32,000 nucleotides of DNA from Idiomarina loihiensis L2TR (lineage in GTDB: Bacteria; Pseudomonadota; Gammaproteobacteria; Enterobacterales; Alteromonadaceae), in the NCBI RefSeq assembly GCF_000008465.1, contig NC_006512.1, positions 1,500,001 through 1,532,000 of the forward strand, given 5' to 3'. The position numbers and the translations under genes were made by a program. Position 1 is the stretch's first letter; the number at the start of each line of letters is the position of its first letter. The notes under the pieces were generated by a model, which worked only from the letters and a program-made list of their open reading frames with translations, searched no databases and was not told the DNA's origin. Below are positions 1 to 8,497 of this stretch, one piece after another.

Positions 1-112
<112 letters not shown>

Positions 113-122
113 CTATCTCTCC

Positions 123-320
123 TTATGCGTACGGTAACATGCGAACGACTAATTTAACGTCGGCCTCATGGACCATGCTCTTAGCGCGAAGCTGACGCTT
201 ACGCTTAGGGCTCTTCTTAGTCAGAATGTGACGCAAGTGAGATTGCTTGCACTTAAAACCACCAGAAGCAGTCTTTTTAAAGCGCTTGGAAGCGCCCTTG
301 TTCGATTTCATTTTTGGCAT
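123..320 (-). CDS. rpmI: 50S ribosomal protein L35
   Basis: The internal Met of track ORF 123..371 gives [65 protein letters not shown] (65 aa), a typical L35. The ATG is at 318-320 (cat on the + strand). It sits between infC and rplT. Confidence 0.92.
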   Translation of the reverse strand: MPKMKSNKGASKRFKKTASGGFKCKQSHLRHILTKKSPKRKRQLRAKSMVHEADVKLVVRMLPYA

Positions 321-393
321 GAAATTAAACTCCGCATTGTTGATAAAAGTGTGAAAGGGTGAGCCTGACAATCAGACTACTTGTAAACCACGA

Positions 394-939
394 TCACTTC
401 TTGTTGGGTGCCAAGACCATAATCATCTGGCGCCCTTCGGCACGTCTTGGGAACGACTCAACAATTGAGATTTCTTCTAAATCGTTTTTAACGCGATTCA
501 GCAATTCAATGCCCAACTCTTGGTGTGCCATTTCCCGGCCACGGAAACGGATAGTGACTTTAGTTTTGTCACCTCCCTCGAGGAAACGACGCAGGTTGCG
601 CAGTTTTACCTGGTAGTCGCCCTCATCAGTACCAGGTCGGAACTTAACTTCCTTGACCTGAATCTGTTTCTGTTTTTTCTTCTGCTCTTTCTGTTCTTTA
701 CTCTTTTCAAAGAGGAACTTGCCGTAATCCATCAAGCGGCAGACTGGTGGTTCTGCGTTAGGGCTCATCTCCACCAAATCAACACCAGCTTCCGCTGCTG
801 CATCAAGAGCCTCGTTAATACTGACGACACCAGCTTGTTCACCATCGGTTCCGATTAAGCGAACTTCATCAACGCCTGTAATTTGTTCGTTGATACGGTT
901 TTTATCTGCAGCTTTCTGAGTTCTTTTTCCGCCTTTAAT
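394..939 (-). CDS. infC: translation initiation factor IF-3, non-canonical ATT (AUU) start
   Basis: The track ORF (394..777) begins only at an internal Met. The frame stays open upstream and reads ATT AAA GGC GGA AAA AGA..., giving [75 protein letters not shown]. This is collinear with E. coli IF3, which also starts IKGGKR at AUU. A GGAGGA Shine-Dalgarno lies 7 nt upstream of ATT (937-939). Confidence 0.9.
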   Translation of the reverse strand: MKGGKRTQKAADKNRINEQITGVDEVRLIGTDGEQAGVVSINEALDAAAEAGVDLVEMSPNAEPPVCRLMDYGKFLFEKSKEQKEQKKKQKQIQVKEVKFRPGTDEGDYQVKLRNLRRFLEGGDKTKVTIRFRGREMAHQELGIELLNRVKNDLEEISIVESFPRRAEGRQMIMVLAPNKK

Positions 940-958
940 GGTTTATTCCTCCAAACAA

Positions 959-2875
959 TTAATCAATTTTGCGAGTACGGACTTCGTCCTCTACACGAGT
1001 AATGAAGTCTTCTAACGGGAATTTGCCCAAGTCTTCACCACCACGTGTACGTACCGCAACCTCACCAGCTTCGACTTCTTTATCGCCGACAACCAGTAAA
1101 TATGGAACACGTTTTAATGTGTGTTCACGGATTTTAAAGCCTATCTTCTCATTTCTCAAGTCGGCTGATGCACGAATTCCCTTTTCGTTCAGGGTTTTGA
1201 CAACTTTTCGTACATAATCGCTTTGATTATCCGTGATATTCATTAATACAACTTGCGTTGGCGACAACCACAATGGGAAGTGCCCTGCGTACTCTTCAAT
1301 GAGAATACCCATGAAACGTTCAAGTGATCCCAAAATAGCGCGGTGAATCATAACTGGCGTGTGTCGCTCGTTATCTTCGCCTACGTATGTGGCACCTAAA
1401 CGCCCTGGCAACGCAAAATCGAGCTGTATTGTACCACATTGCCACGCTCTGCCCAGACAATCGAACAAAGTAAATTCTATTTTCGGACCATAAAAGGCAC
1501 CTTCACCCGGCAAATACGAAAAATCGATGTCATTATTTTTCAAAGCCTGAGCTAATGCTGTCTCCGAGCGATCCCATGTAGCATCGTCGCCTAAGCGCTT
1601 TTCCGGGCGGGTAGACAGCTTCACATCGATGTTCTCAAAACCAAAGGTTTTGTAGGTTTCGTACACCATTTTGATACAACCAGCGACTTCTTCCTGAACC
1701 TGTTGTTCGGTACAGAAAATGTGTGCATCATCTTGTGTAAAACCTCGAACACGCATCAGACCGTGCAAAGCACCAGATGGTTCATTACGGTGACAGCTAC
1801 CAAATTCAGCCATACGTAATGGTAAGTCGCGGTACGACTTTAAGCCCTGATTGAAAATTTGAACGTGCCCCGGGCAGTTCATAGGCTTAACGGCATACTC
1901 GCGGTTTTCCGATGAGGTGGTAAACATAAGTTCTGAGAATTTCTCCCAGTGACCTGATTTCTCCCACAGCACCCGGTCCATCATCATAGGACCTTTAACT
2001 TCCTGATATTCGTATTCGCGCATTTTTTCGCGAATGTAAGTTTCTAACTCACGGAAAATGGTCCAACCGTTGTGGTGCCAGAACACCATACCCGGCGCTT
2101 CTTCCTGCCAATGAAATAAATCCTGAGCTTTAGCAATTTTACGGTGATCGCGTTTTTCTGCTTCTTCTAGACGCTGCAAATAGGCTTTTAGCTGTTTTTT
2201 ATCTGCCCAGGCCGTACCGTATATACGCTGCAGCATTTTGTTGTCAGAATCACCACGCCAGTATGCACCGGCCATTTTCATAATTTTAAAATGCTGGCAA
2301 AACTTCATGTTGGGTACATGCGGACCACGGCACATGTCGATGTATTCTTCGTGGTGATAGAGCCCTGGCGTTGCATCGGTCGGGATGTCTTCGTCCAGAA
2401 TCTCTATTTTGTAGGGTTCATGGCGTTCTACGAAAGTTTCACGGGCTTCTTTCCAGCTGGCTTTTTTCTTTACAACGGCATATTCCGTTTTAGCCAGTTC
2501 TTTCATCCGCTTTTCAATTTTCTCAAGGTCTTCCTGAGTGAAGGTGTGATCAACATCAATATCGTAGTAAAAACCGTTATCAATGACGGGACCTATTGCC
2601 ATTTTTGCGTCTGGCCACATCTGTTTAACAGCATGCCCCATTAAATGAGCACAAGAGTGGCGAATAATGTGTACGCCGTCGTCATCTTTTGGTGTCACAA
2701 TTTCAATACGGGCATCATGTTCAATGAGTTCACAGGCATCAACCAGCTCACCGTCAATACGGCCGGCAACTGTTGCTTTCGCAAGGCCAGCACCGATATC
2801 GGCGGCAACTTCCATAATGCTTACAGGTTTATCGAATTCACGTTGACTTCCGTCAGGGAGAGTAATTACAGGCAT
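959..2875 (-). CDS. thrS: threonine--tRNA ligase
   Basis: A 638-aa product starting [14 protein letters not shown], the canonical ThrRS N-terminus. It has the TGS, editing, class-II core and anticodon-binding layout, including [12 protein letters not shown] chose ATG 2873-2875, preceded by GGAAAGGAAG, rather than the track's longer 2911 start. Confidence 0.95.
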   Translation of the reverse strand: MPVITLPDGSQREFDKPVSIMEVAADIGAGLAKATVAGRIDGELVDACELIEHDARIEIVTPKDDDGVHIIRHSCAHLMGHAVKQMWPDAKMAIGPVIDNGFYYDIDVDHTFTQEDLEKIEKRMKELAKTEYAVVKKKASWKEARETFVERHEPYKIEILDEDIPTDATPGLYHHEEYIDMCRGPHVPNMKFCQHFKIMKMAGAYWRGDSDNKMLQRIYGTAWADKKQLKAYLQRLEEAEKRDHRKIAKAQDLFHWQEEAPGMVFWHHNGWTIFRELETYIREKMREYEYQEVKGPMMMDRVLWEKSGHWEKFSELMFTTSSENREYAVKPMNCPGHVQIFNQGLKSYRDLPLRMAEFGSCHRNEPSGALHGLMRVRGFTQDDAHIFCTEQQVQEEVAGCIKMVYETYKTFGFENIDVKLSTRPEKRLGDDATWDRSETALAQALKNNDIDFSYLPGEGAFYGPKIEFTLFDCLGRAWQCGTIQLDFALPGRLGATYVGEDNERHTPVMIHRAILGSLERFMGILIEEYAGHFPLWLSPTQVVLMNITDNQSDYVRKVVKTLNEKGIRASADLRNEKIGFKIREHTLKRVPYLLVVGDKEVEAGEVAVRTRGGEDLGKFPLEDFITRVEDEVRTRKID

Positions 2876-2897
2876 GAAACTTCCTTTCCAACCAGTG

Positions 2898-2990
2898 GTG
2901 ACACCTACCAAGTGCCACGTGCTCTATTTTGGTTTTATCTGCTTTATAGAAAAAACCTACGAAATTTTTGCGTTCGGTACCATCGAACGC
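2898..2990 (-). promoter_or_regulatory. thrS leader with two tRNA-Thr anticodon-arm mimics (putative ThrRS translational operator)
   Basis: The minus-strand RNA forms two hairpins. The distal one is GCGUUCG-AUGGUAC-CGAACGC (2970-2990). The proximal one is GUGGCAC-UUGGUAG-GUGUCAC (2898-2918). Each has a 7-bp stem and a 7-nt loop with U-GGU-A in the anticodon-loop positions. The proximal hairpin ends about 10 nt before the Shine-Dalgarno. This matches the domain 2/domain 4 logic of the E. coli thrS operator. Confidence 0.6.
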
Positions 2991-2998
2991 TAGAGGCT

Positions 2999-3027
2999 AC
3001 TATAATCGACCGCTTACATTTGAGCAA
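2999..3027 (-). promoter_or_regulatory. candidate sigma-70 promoter of thrS
   Basis: The minus strand reads TTGCTC (3022-3027), a 17-nt spacer, then TATAGT (2999-3004), directly upstream of the leader hairpins. On the + strand, a perfect TATAAT (3001-3006) overlaps this -10 and faces the EamA gene at 3042. Confidence 0.5.
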
Positions 3028-3041
3028 CCGCCGAGCCTGTT

Positions 3042-3935
3042 TTGACATCAGACATTACTGGAGAATTAACCGGGCAACTTGCCGCTTTATTAGCAGCTGC
3101 CTTCTGGGCTGTCGCCACCGTGTTGTACCACCGTGCCGGTAGCCACTTCTCGCCCTTACAAATGAACTTAGTTAAAGGCGTTGTTGCCACTCCCCTGCTT
3201 TTGATAATGAGTTTGTTGCTGGGTAACTCATTAGAGCTAAGCTCTAGCCTGTGGTTACTCGCCCTAAGCGGCATTATAGGTATTACCATTGGCGACAGTT
3301 GTCATTTTGCTGCACTGCGCCGTTTAGGCCCCTGGCACGCTATGTTGCTGGAATATCTGGCACCACCAATAGCTGCATTCATGGCCTGGGCGTTTTTAAG
3401 TGACGGTTTATCCACCATTGAAATTACCGGTGCGGTCATAACCTTAAGCGGTGTTCTGTGGGTCGTTACTGAAAAAGCCCCAGACAAACAGCCTGCGCTT
3501 TCATTATCAGGTATATTCTTCGGCTGCGGCGCCGCACTCTGTCAGGCTACCGGTTTAGTCATGGCTTTTGCGGTGCTAAAGCAATCCAGCGTAAACGCTA
3601 TTGATGCGGCATTTGTGCGTCTTGCCGCCGGCTCCTTTTTACTCGCCATAATTGTCGGACTTTCGAAACGAGGCGCGTACAACGCAATCATAAAACAAGT
3701 TCGCTCTATTAACCCTTTGCCGCTACTCGGCGCCATTGTGTTCGGTACGTTCCTGGCTATTTGGTTACAACAAATTTCTATCGCCAATATCAACCCGGGC
3801 CTTACCCAGACTTTACTCTCCACCGCACCACTCTTTTTGATACCGATTTCTTTACTGAAAAAACAACGAATTACCTCGCGTTCCATAACCGGAGCTTTAA
3901 TCGCATTGGGCGGAATCAGTATTTTATTTCTATAG
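3042..3935 (+). CDS. EamA/DMT-family inner-membrane transporter
   Basis: A 297-aa, roughly 10-TM hydrophobic protein with two EamA-like halves (AAFWAVATVLYHRAG; LSTAPLFLIPISLL). The first in-frame start is TTG at 3042 and the first ATG is about 40 codons in, so the exact start is uncertain. Confidence 0.7.
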   Translation: MTSDITGELTGQLAALLAAAFWAVATVLYHRAGSHFSPLQMNLVKGVVATPLLLIMSLLLGNSLELSSSLWLLALSGIIGITIGDSCHFAALRRLGPWHAMLLEYLAPPIAAFMAWAFLSDGLSTIEITGAVITLSGVLWVVTEKAPDKQPALSLSGIFFGCGAALCQATGLVMAFAVLKQSSVNAIDAAFVRLAAGSFLLAIIVGLSKRGAYNAIIKQVRSINPLPLLGAIVFGTFLAIWLQQISIANINPGLTQTLLSTAPLFLIPISLLKKQRITSRSITGALIALGGISILFL

Positions 3936-3968
3936 TTACAAGCAGGACTTTATAGTGACGAGTGAATT

Positions 3969-4178
3969 ATGAACGAAGAAAACTTACAAAGTGTGCCGGT
4001 GAAATGCCCGCACTGTGGGCACAATACCTTTTTAGATATTGATGCCTCAGAGGGAAATCAGGATTATCAGGAAGAATGTGCTGCCTGCGGTGACCTCATT
4101 CATGTTCAGTTACAAGTTGATGAAGTTAACCAGCAGGCACGGGTGAAAGTAGATGGTAACGATGAGCAGTTTTACTGA
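3969..4178 (+). CDS. small CPXCG-motif cysteine-rich (zinc-ribbon-like) protein
   Basis: A 69-aa ORF with CPHCG...CAACG, two CxxC pairs about 30 residues apart, and an acidic composition. This matches my recollection of the CPXCG-motif family. Confidence 0.65.
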   Translation: MNEENLQSVPVKCPHCGHNTFLDIDASEGNQDYQEECAACGDLIHVQLQVDEVNQQARVKVDGNDEQFY

Positions 4179-4780
4179 CGTTTAGCCAGCACACGCTCAA
4201 CTGTTTCAACAATAGTGATGGTTTGCTGATCAAGTTCAATATTCAGACTGTCACCCACCTGCGTTGATTCCAAATTGGTCAGGCGCAAAGTTTCCGGAAT
4301 TAAATGCAGACTAAAGCAATTAGCTTCAACCTGACCTACCGTCAAACTGGCGCCGTTAACCGCAATAAACCCTTTGGCAAACAAGTACGGGGTATATTGC
4401 TCTGGTAGTTCTATCCACATAGCAACGTTATTCTCAGAGGTGTCAATTTTATTCACTTTGCCCTGGCAGTGAATATGACCTGAAACTGCATGCCCGCCAA
4501 TTTCATCGCCCACTTTTAGTGACCGCTCCAAATTAACCTTGTCTCCCTCTCCTAACAGCCCTAAATTTGTTAGTCGCAGGGTTTCATCAATAACGTCAAA
4601 GTGCACCTCAGTATCGCTAAATTCAACCACAGTTAAACAACAACCATTTATGGCAATACTTGCACCAATAGCCAGGTTTTGCAGAAATTGGGGTTCAGTT
4701 TTAACAACCAGATGTCGAAAAGATCCTTGGTCGGAGACTGAAAATATCGTAGCTTGGGTTTGAACTATACCGGTAAACAT
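4172..4780 (-). CDS. ribE: riboflavin synthase (alpha subunit)
   Basis: It starts MFTGIVQ and has two lumazine-binding repeats (GASIAINGCCLTV / GFIAVNGASLTV) and HLIPETLRLTNL. It is collinear with E. coli riboflavin synthase. Confidence 0.9.
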   Translation of the reverse strand: MFTGIVQTQATIFSVSDQGSFRHLVVKTEPQFLQNLAIGASIAINGCCLTVVEFSDTEVHFDVIDETLRLTNLGLLGEGDKVNLERSLKVGDEIGGHAVSGHIHCQGKVNKIDTSENNVAMWIELPEQYTPYLFAKGFIAVNGASLTVGQVEANCFSLHLIPETLRLTNLESTQVGDSLNIELDQQTITIVETVERVLAKRQ

Positions 4781-4811
4781 CGATAAGAACCTTATTGCAA
4801 GGAATAATACA

Positions 4812-5846
4812 ATGAAGCGAAGTGTACTGATTTTCCGCTCTTTTGGCTATGCGTTAGTCGCTTTAGGGTTATCGGCCTGCTCAGATGACCAGGGTCTAAC
4901 GGAATACGCAGATGCACTGCATAGCCGTGTCCAAAGTACACTAAAACTCCCCAATAACTCAATAGAAGCCCCCAAACCTCAGCTCCAGTATCCGGGCAAG
5001 CGCCCACTAACCCGAAATATTGAGCGGAGAAGCATGGGCTTACTGGAAAGTCTTCGGCTTAATCACTGTCAGTTAGGCCAGCTAATTGCTGAAAACAACA
5101 GTTCACTGGGAAAGCTAAAAGATGGGTTTAGCCGCTATCATGCTGACCTGAATATGATTCAGGCACTGAAGAAATGCATTGAGCATCCTGAATCAACCAA
5201 TGTTAAAGATAAATTGAAAGAAGCATTAGTGCATAAGGAATCTCAACTGCAGAACAGCCTGGCAAATGCTTTCGCTCGTGACGACGGGCTGAGAAAAGCT
5301 CTGTCTGTTGGTAATAATTCGTTACCTAAAATACATGTGACGGAGTACAACTACGCTGTGAATGCGCTGGAGCGATTTACCCGCATTTTAGAGCGTTGGA
5401 GCTACACAAAAGAAGCAGATGCCCCCGATGAGCTAATAGAGATGCTCGGTCGTTTAGAGCGCAGTGACTACCTTCCTGACTTGTTCCGTACTATGCTAGA
5501 TTACTCTTATAAACTGGAGAAAATGACCGAGCTGCTGCCTGAAGTTCCTAAGTCAGTTTATTGTCAAAATGGAAAAGTGCCAGATGACGCATTAGCACTA
5601 AAAGAAGCTTTTAACGCCATTTACCTCAAAGAAATGCAAAGTGACATAGCAGAATTGATTGAACAGCATCAGCGCTTACTCATGACTCTGGAGAACCTCG
5701 CAGGTATAGCCCCTCAACCGGAGCTAAAAGCTTACATTGCAGAACTCGGTACACTCAGTAAAAAGCTAACCGATGCATCAGTGCATTTTGTACGCCCATG
5801 GCAAAAATTCTATAGTGCCTGTGACTTTACACCAGGGCTGGATTAG
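4812..5846 (+). CDS. lipoprotein of unknown function (possibly DUF3080-type; family name from memory)
   Basis: The signal peptide has a lipobox (ALVALGLSAC). AAGGA lies 8 nt upstream of the ATG. The 344-aa body is helical and hydrophilic. Confidence 0.6.
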   Translation: MKRSVLIFRSFGYALVALGLSACSDDQGLTEYADALHSRVQSTLKLPNNSIEAPKPQLQYPGKRPLTRNIERRSMGLLESLRLNHCQLGQLIAENNSSLGKLKDGFSRYHADLNMIQALKKCIEHPESTNVKDKLKEALVHKESQLQNSLANAFARDDGLRKALSVGNNSLPKIHVTEYNYAVNALERFTRILERWSYTKEADAPDELIEMLGRLERSDYLPDLFRTMLDYSYKLEKMTELLPEVPKSVYCQNGKVPDDALALKEAFNAIYLKEMQSDIAELIEQHQRLLMTLENLAGIAPQPELKAYIAELGTLSKKLTDASVHFVRPWQKFYSACDFTPGLD

Positions 5847-5854
5847 CGGTTCGC

Positions 5855-6118
5855 TTAAAGATGCCAGTGTTTAGTTAGGCCAGGGTGTGGCGTACCCTGC
5901 TCTTTTTGATGAATTTCATTGATAACGTACCGTAAGCCAATAAAGACCCAAAGCCAGAACGCGGCATGTAGAGCCCCCGCCATAACAACAATGACGGAAG
6001 AGCGCATCAAAATATCGACATGTAATATATTAAAAGCGAGCTGTGCAATAATGCCGGCGATGGTCGCCAAAAAAAGAAGCCCTGCAACGGCACGTATTAC
6101 TCGTAAAAAAGTAAACAT
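5855..6118 (-). CDS. small hypothetical membrane protein (2-3 TM)
   Basis: An 87-aa ORF with hydrophobic segments AVAGLLFLATIAGIIAQLAF and AAFWLWVFIGL. A good Shine-Dalgarno (GAGGTGG) lies 6 nt upstream of ATG 6118. No family was recognised. Confidence 0.45.
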   Translation of the reverse strand: MFTFLRVIRAVAGLLFLATIAGIIAQLAFNILHVDILMRSSVIVVMAGALHAAFWLWVFIGLRYVINEIHQKEQGTPHPGLTKHWHL

Positions 6119-6251
6119 TTAACCACCTCTTTTTCGTCAGTAAAAACTGAGTGTAGTGAACATTCTAGCAAAAGCCTTCTTAAGAAGGTAAGCGCAGTTA
6201 TTCAAAGCTGAATAGAATTTCGACAAACAAATGCATTTAGTAAAAAATCAC

Positions 6252-6280
6252 TTGCACCTGTGAGCGCAAATCACTAATAT
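6252..6280 (+). promoter_or_regulatory. sigma-70 promoter of the tRNA-Val gene
   Basis: TTGCAC (6252-6257), a 17-nt spacer, then TAATAT (6275-6280). A GC-rich discriminator (ACCGCCCG) follows, as is typical of stable-RNA promoters. The tRNA starts 34 nt downstream of the -10. Confidence 0.7.
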
Positions 6281-6313
6281 ACCGCCCGTCGTTAACGACA
6301 TTCCCCATAAAGT

Positions 6314-6390
<77 letters not shown>

Positions 6391-6653
6391 TTCTAAGCGC
6401 CCGGCTTAACCCATAGAAAAATACTTTTACTCTGTTAATTAAAATACCCCCAAGTTTTATTCATTTACTTTGACTTTAATGGAAACACAACGACTAAAGC
6501 CTGGACAGGTTCTGTCTGTGAATTTCTTAATTGAAATGAAACATTGTTTGTATCGAAGTTTAACTAGCGCGGGCTTTAAGAAGGTAAGGGAAGTTTTTAG
6601 GGTAAATTTTGCCGCCCGTCTAAAACGACAGGCAGCAGGTTTAACTGGATTGC

Positions 6654-7208
6654 TTAGAAGTGCCAAGCAGCGCCAATGAAATAGCTATCATCTGTATCGC
6701 TGTCAAAACCATCTACATAAGCTGCACTTAAGCTGAATGAGCTGTTAATGTACCAACGAGCAGACAATTCAAATTGTTGGTAATCATCTTCATAGATGTC
6801 GAGGTGACGAACTAAACCGCCAAATTCAACCGCTTCGTTTAAACGATAAACAGCACCAGCTTGCACTGCATAACCATAATCATCATCAATACCAGAAGCA
6901 TCCGCATAAGCTAGGTTAGCATCGACAAAACCCGCAAGCTGCTCAGTAAAGTCATGCTTATAACCAACACCAACTAGAGCTTGGTCAGATGAAAGACCGT
7001 GGTCACTAGTGTGGATGTAATCGCCCGTCAAGTAAATAGACTCGTCAAGCATTACACGACCATTAAGACCGAAAGCATCGCCATCAAAATCACTAGCGTC
7101 AATGTAGCGTGCTTCTACGCGATCAAAGTCAGAACCTTGGTCTGCGGCTAAAGTTGCACCACTAAATAACGCGGCGCCGATAAGTGTAGCTAATACTGCT
7201 TTTTTCAT
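6654..7208 (-). CDS. small acidic outer-membrane beta-barrel protein (about 8 strands), paralog of 24550..25158
   Basis: Signal peptide MKKAVLATLIGAALFSGATLA-AD. The body shows alternating hydrophobic beta-strand patterning and ends in an aromatic residue (AAWHF). No specific family name is asserted. Confidence 0.75.
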   Translation of the reverse strand: MKKAVLATLIGAALFSGATLAADQGSDFDRVEARYIDASDFDGDAFGLNGRVMLDESIYLTGDYIHTSDHGLSSDQALVGVGYKHDFTEQLAGFVDANLAYADASGIDDDYGYAVQAGAVYRLNEAVEFGGLVRHLDIYEDDYQQFELSARWYINSSFSLSAAYVDGFDSDTDDSYFIGAAWHF

Positions 7209-7342
7209 TCTTTAATACTCCGTTATGTCGTGCGTGTCCCGCACTTACTACTTCCGAGCTGCCAGGCAGCACTGCTTCATTCAGCGAAGCAATGTATGTA
7301 ATAATAACGAAATAAACTTATATTTTTTGTTGTTTTTTAGTT

Positions 7343-7360
7343 GATAATCATATGATTATC
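7343..7360. promoter_or_regulatory. perfect 18-bp palindrome GATAATCATATGATTATC (Fur-box-like operator candidate)
   Basis: Read directly from the sequence. GATAAT and ATTATC arms are separated by CATATG. It lies about 135 nt upstream of the outer-membrane protein start (7208) and just downstream of the cyclase-operon terminator. It is one nt shorter than the classical 19-bp Fur box. Confidence 0.35.
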
Positions 7361-7385
7361 GACATTTTTTACGACAAAAAGCAAA

Positions 7386-7419
7386 GAGAGTATGCGGGTA
7401 GATATACCTGCATACTCTC
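7386..7419 (-). terminator. rho-independent terminator of the sigma-54 operon
   Basis: GAGAGTATGCGGGTA-GATA-TACCTGCATACTCTC, a 15-position stem with one non-Watson-Crick position and a 4-nt loop. It begins 11 nt after the cyclase stop. On the minus strand it is followed by CTTTGCTTTTTGTCG. Confidence 0.75.
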
Positions 7420-7429
7420 GAGTGAAAAG

Positions 7430-8464
7430 CTACTTAATAACGATAGGATTAATTGGAGAACCCGAGCCTCGCTCCATTTTTAAAGGCGCGGCAGTAAACA
7501 TAAAGGTATATTGACCGTCTTCAAGGCTATCTGCAGCTAAATCGTCCAGCCAGTAAAGCTCACTCAACACCACACCTAAGTCCCGAATAAGCGCCCCATG
7601 CAGCGGGATCACATAATCTTTACCTTCAATCTTTTGCGGTACAAGTTCAACTGCCAGGTTATCAGCCGCAATCACGGGTATCTCCATATTATCAATCCAT
7701 TTGATCAGGTCTTTGCTATAACACAGGCCGGGCTCTGTTGTTGCGCTCCACTCAGCATCTGGTTCCTCCTGATAGAAACGCCCTACAGATCCTGTTCTTA
7801 TTAACAAAATATCGCGTTTTTCAACGGTTACATCCTGCGCTTCTGCCGTATCTTTCAAGTCTTGTAACGTAATGCATGAGCCCGGTGCCAGCCGTCCTAC
7901 GTCACCACCTTTCAAATGCCCGACATCCAGCAGTACTCCGCGGCCAACAATACCGTGTTCAGCTAATACACCGACATCAACATGATCATGTCCATGCACT
8001 GTGCTATCGGCTGATACCCCGCCGTATACTTTATCGCCATACCAGGCGTGACCTAGTGCATCCATGTGCGTCGTGCCCTGTAAGTACATAAAAACTGCAT
8101 CGTCTGAGTACTTAACGCCACCGGCCAGCTCATCCAGCTTATTTACGCTGTACATACTCTCGTCCTGCGTCATGAAGTGCATAGCCGGAACGCGTCCCGG
8201 GAACACAGGTCCCACTCCATGAGTAATCGGCAGTTGCAACGTAAAAGTTTCACCTGAACGAACGGCTTTTATACCACGTAAGGCCTGTTTTTCATCAAGG
8301 TAGTTAAGGGCTCCAAGTTGATCGTCATCGCCCCATTTCCCCCAGTTTTTGGGCATATCTTTTTGAAGGTTTTCAATATCGCTGGTCTGAGCCAACGAAA
8401 CTCCCGAGGCACTCATAAGTGCGGTAGCTAAAGCCATTGATAGTACTGATTTTATAGTTTTCAT
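7430..8464 (-). CDS. secreted cyclase-family (kynurenine formamidase / isatin hydrolase fold) metal-dependent hydrolase
   Basis: The N-terminal signal peptide is MKTIKSVLSMALATALMSASGVSLA-QT. It carries NWGKWGDDDQLGALNYL and the cyclase-family metal motif region LQGTTHMDALGHAW. Shine-Dalgarno AAGGAAG is present. The gene is the last in the operon. Confidence 0.75.
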   Translation of the reverse strand: MKTIKSVLSMALATALMSASGVSLAQTSDIENLQKDMPKNWGKWGDDDQLGALNYLDEKQALRGIKAVRSGETFTLQLPITHGVGPVFPGRVPAMHFMTQDESMYSVNKLDELAGGVKYSDDAVFMYLQGTTHMDALGHAWYGDKVYGGVSADSTVHGHDHVDVGVLAEHGIVGRGVLLDVGHLKGGDVGRLAPGSCITLQDLKDTAEAQDVTVEKRDILLIRTGSVGRFYQEEPDAEWSATTEPGLCYSKDLIKWIDNMEIPVIAADNLAVELVPQKIEGKDYVIPLHGALIRDLGVVLSELYWLDDLAADSLEDGQYTFMFTAAPLKMERGSGSPINPIVIK

Positions 8465-8497
8465 TGTTCTTCCTTTTTTGTTGTTCTAACGCTTATA

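Noticed and set aside
2876-2911. Longer N-terminal extensions offered by the ORF track for thrS (2911), rpmI (371), the sigma-54 activator (11354), dbpA (16347) and the chemoreceptor (29785)
   Set aside because: In each case an internal ATG with a better Shine-Dalgarno reproduces the canonical family N-terminus. The extensions either overlap upstream genes or structural elements, or add atypical residues.
2291-3142. Long + strand ORFs (2291..2644, 117 aa; 2645..3142, 165 aa) lying opposite thrS
   Set aside because: They are antisense shadow ORFs inside a strongly supported thrS gene. Their translations are low-complexity and Cys/Phe-rich, and they have no Shine-Dalgarno.
4792-5007. A 71-aa minus-strand ORF overlapping the lipoprotein gene start
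   Set aside because: It overlaps a well-supported lipoprotein gene (signal peptide plus lipobox) and the ribE-lipoprotein intergenic gap. It has no Shine-Dalgarno or family features.
6457-6679. Two overlapping 69-aa ORFs on opposite strands in the spacer downstream of tRNA-Val
   Set aside because: Neither has a ribosome-binding site and they mirror each other. The sequences are basic and low-complexity, and one runs into the 3' end of the outer-membrane protein gene. I treat the region as non-coding (see the repeat finding).
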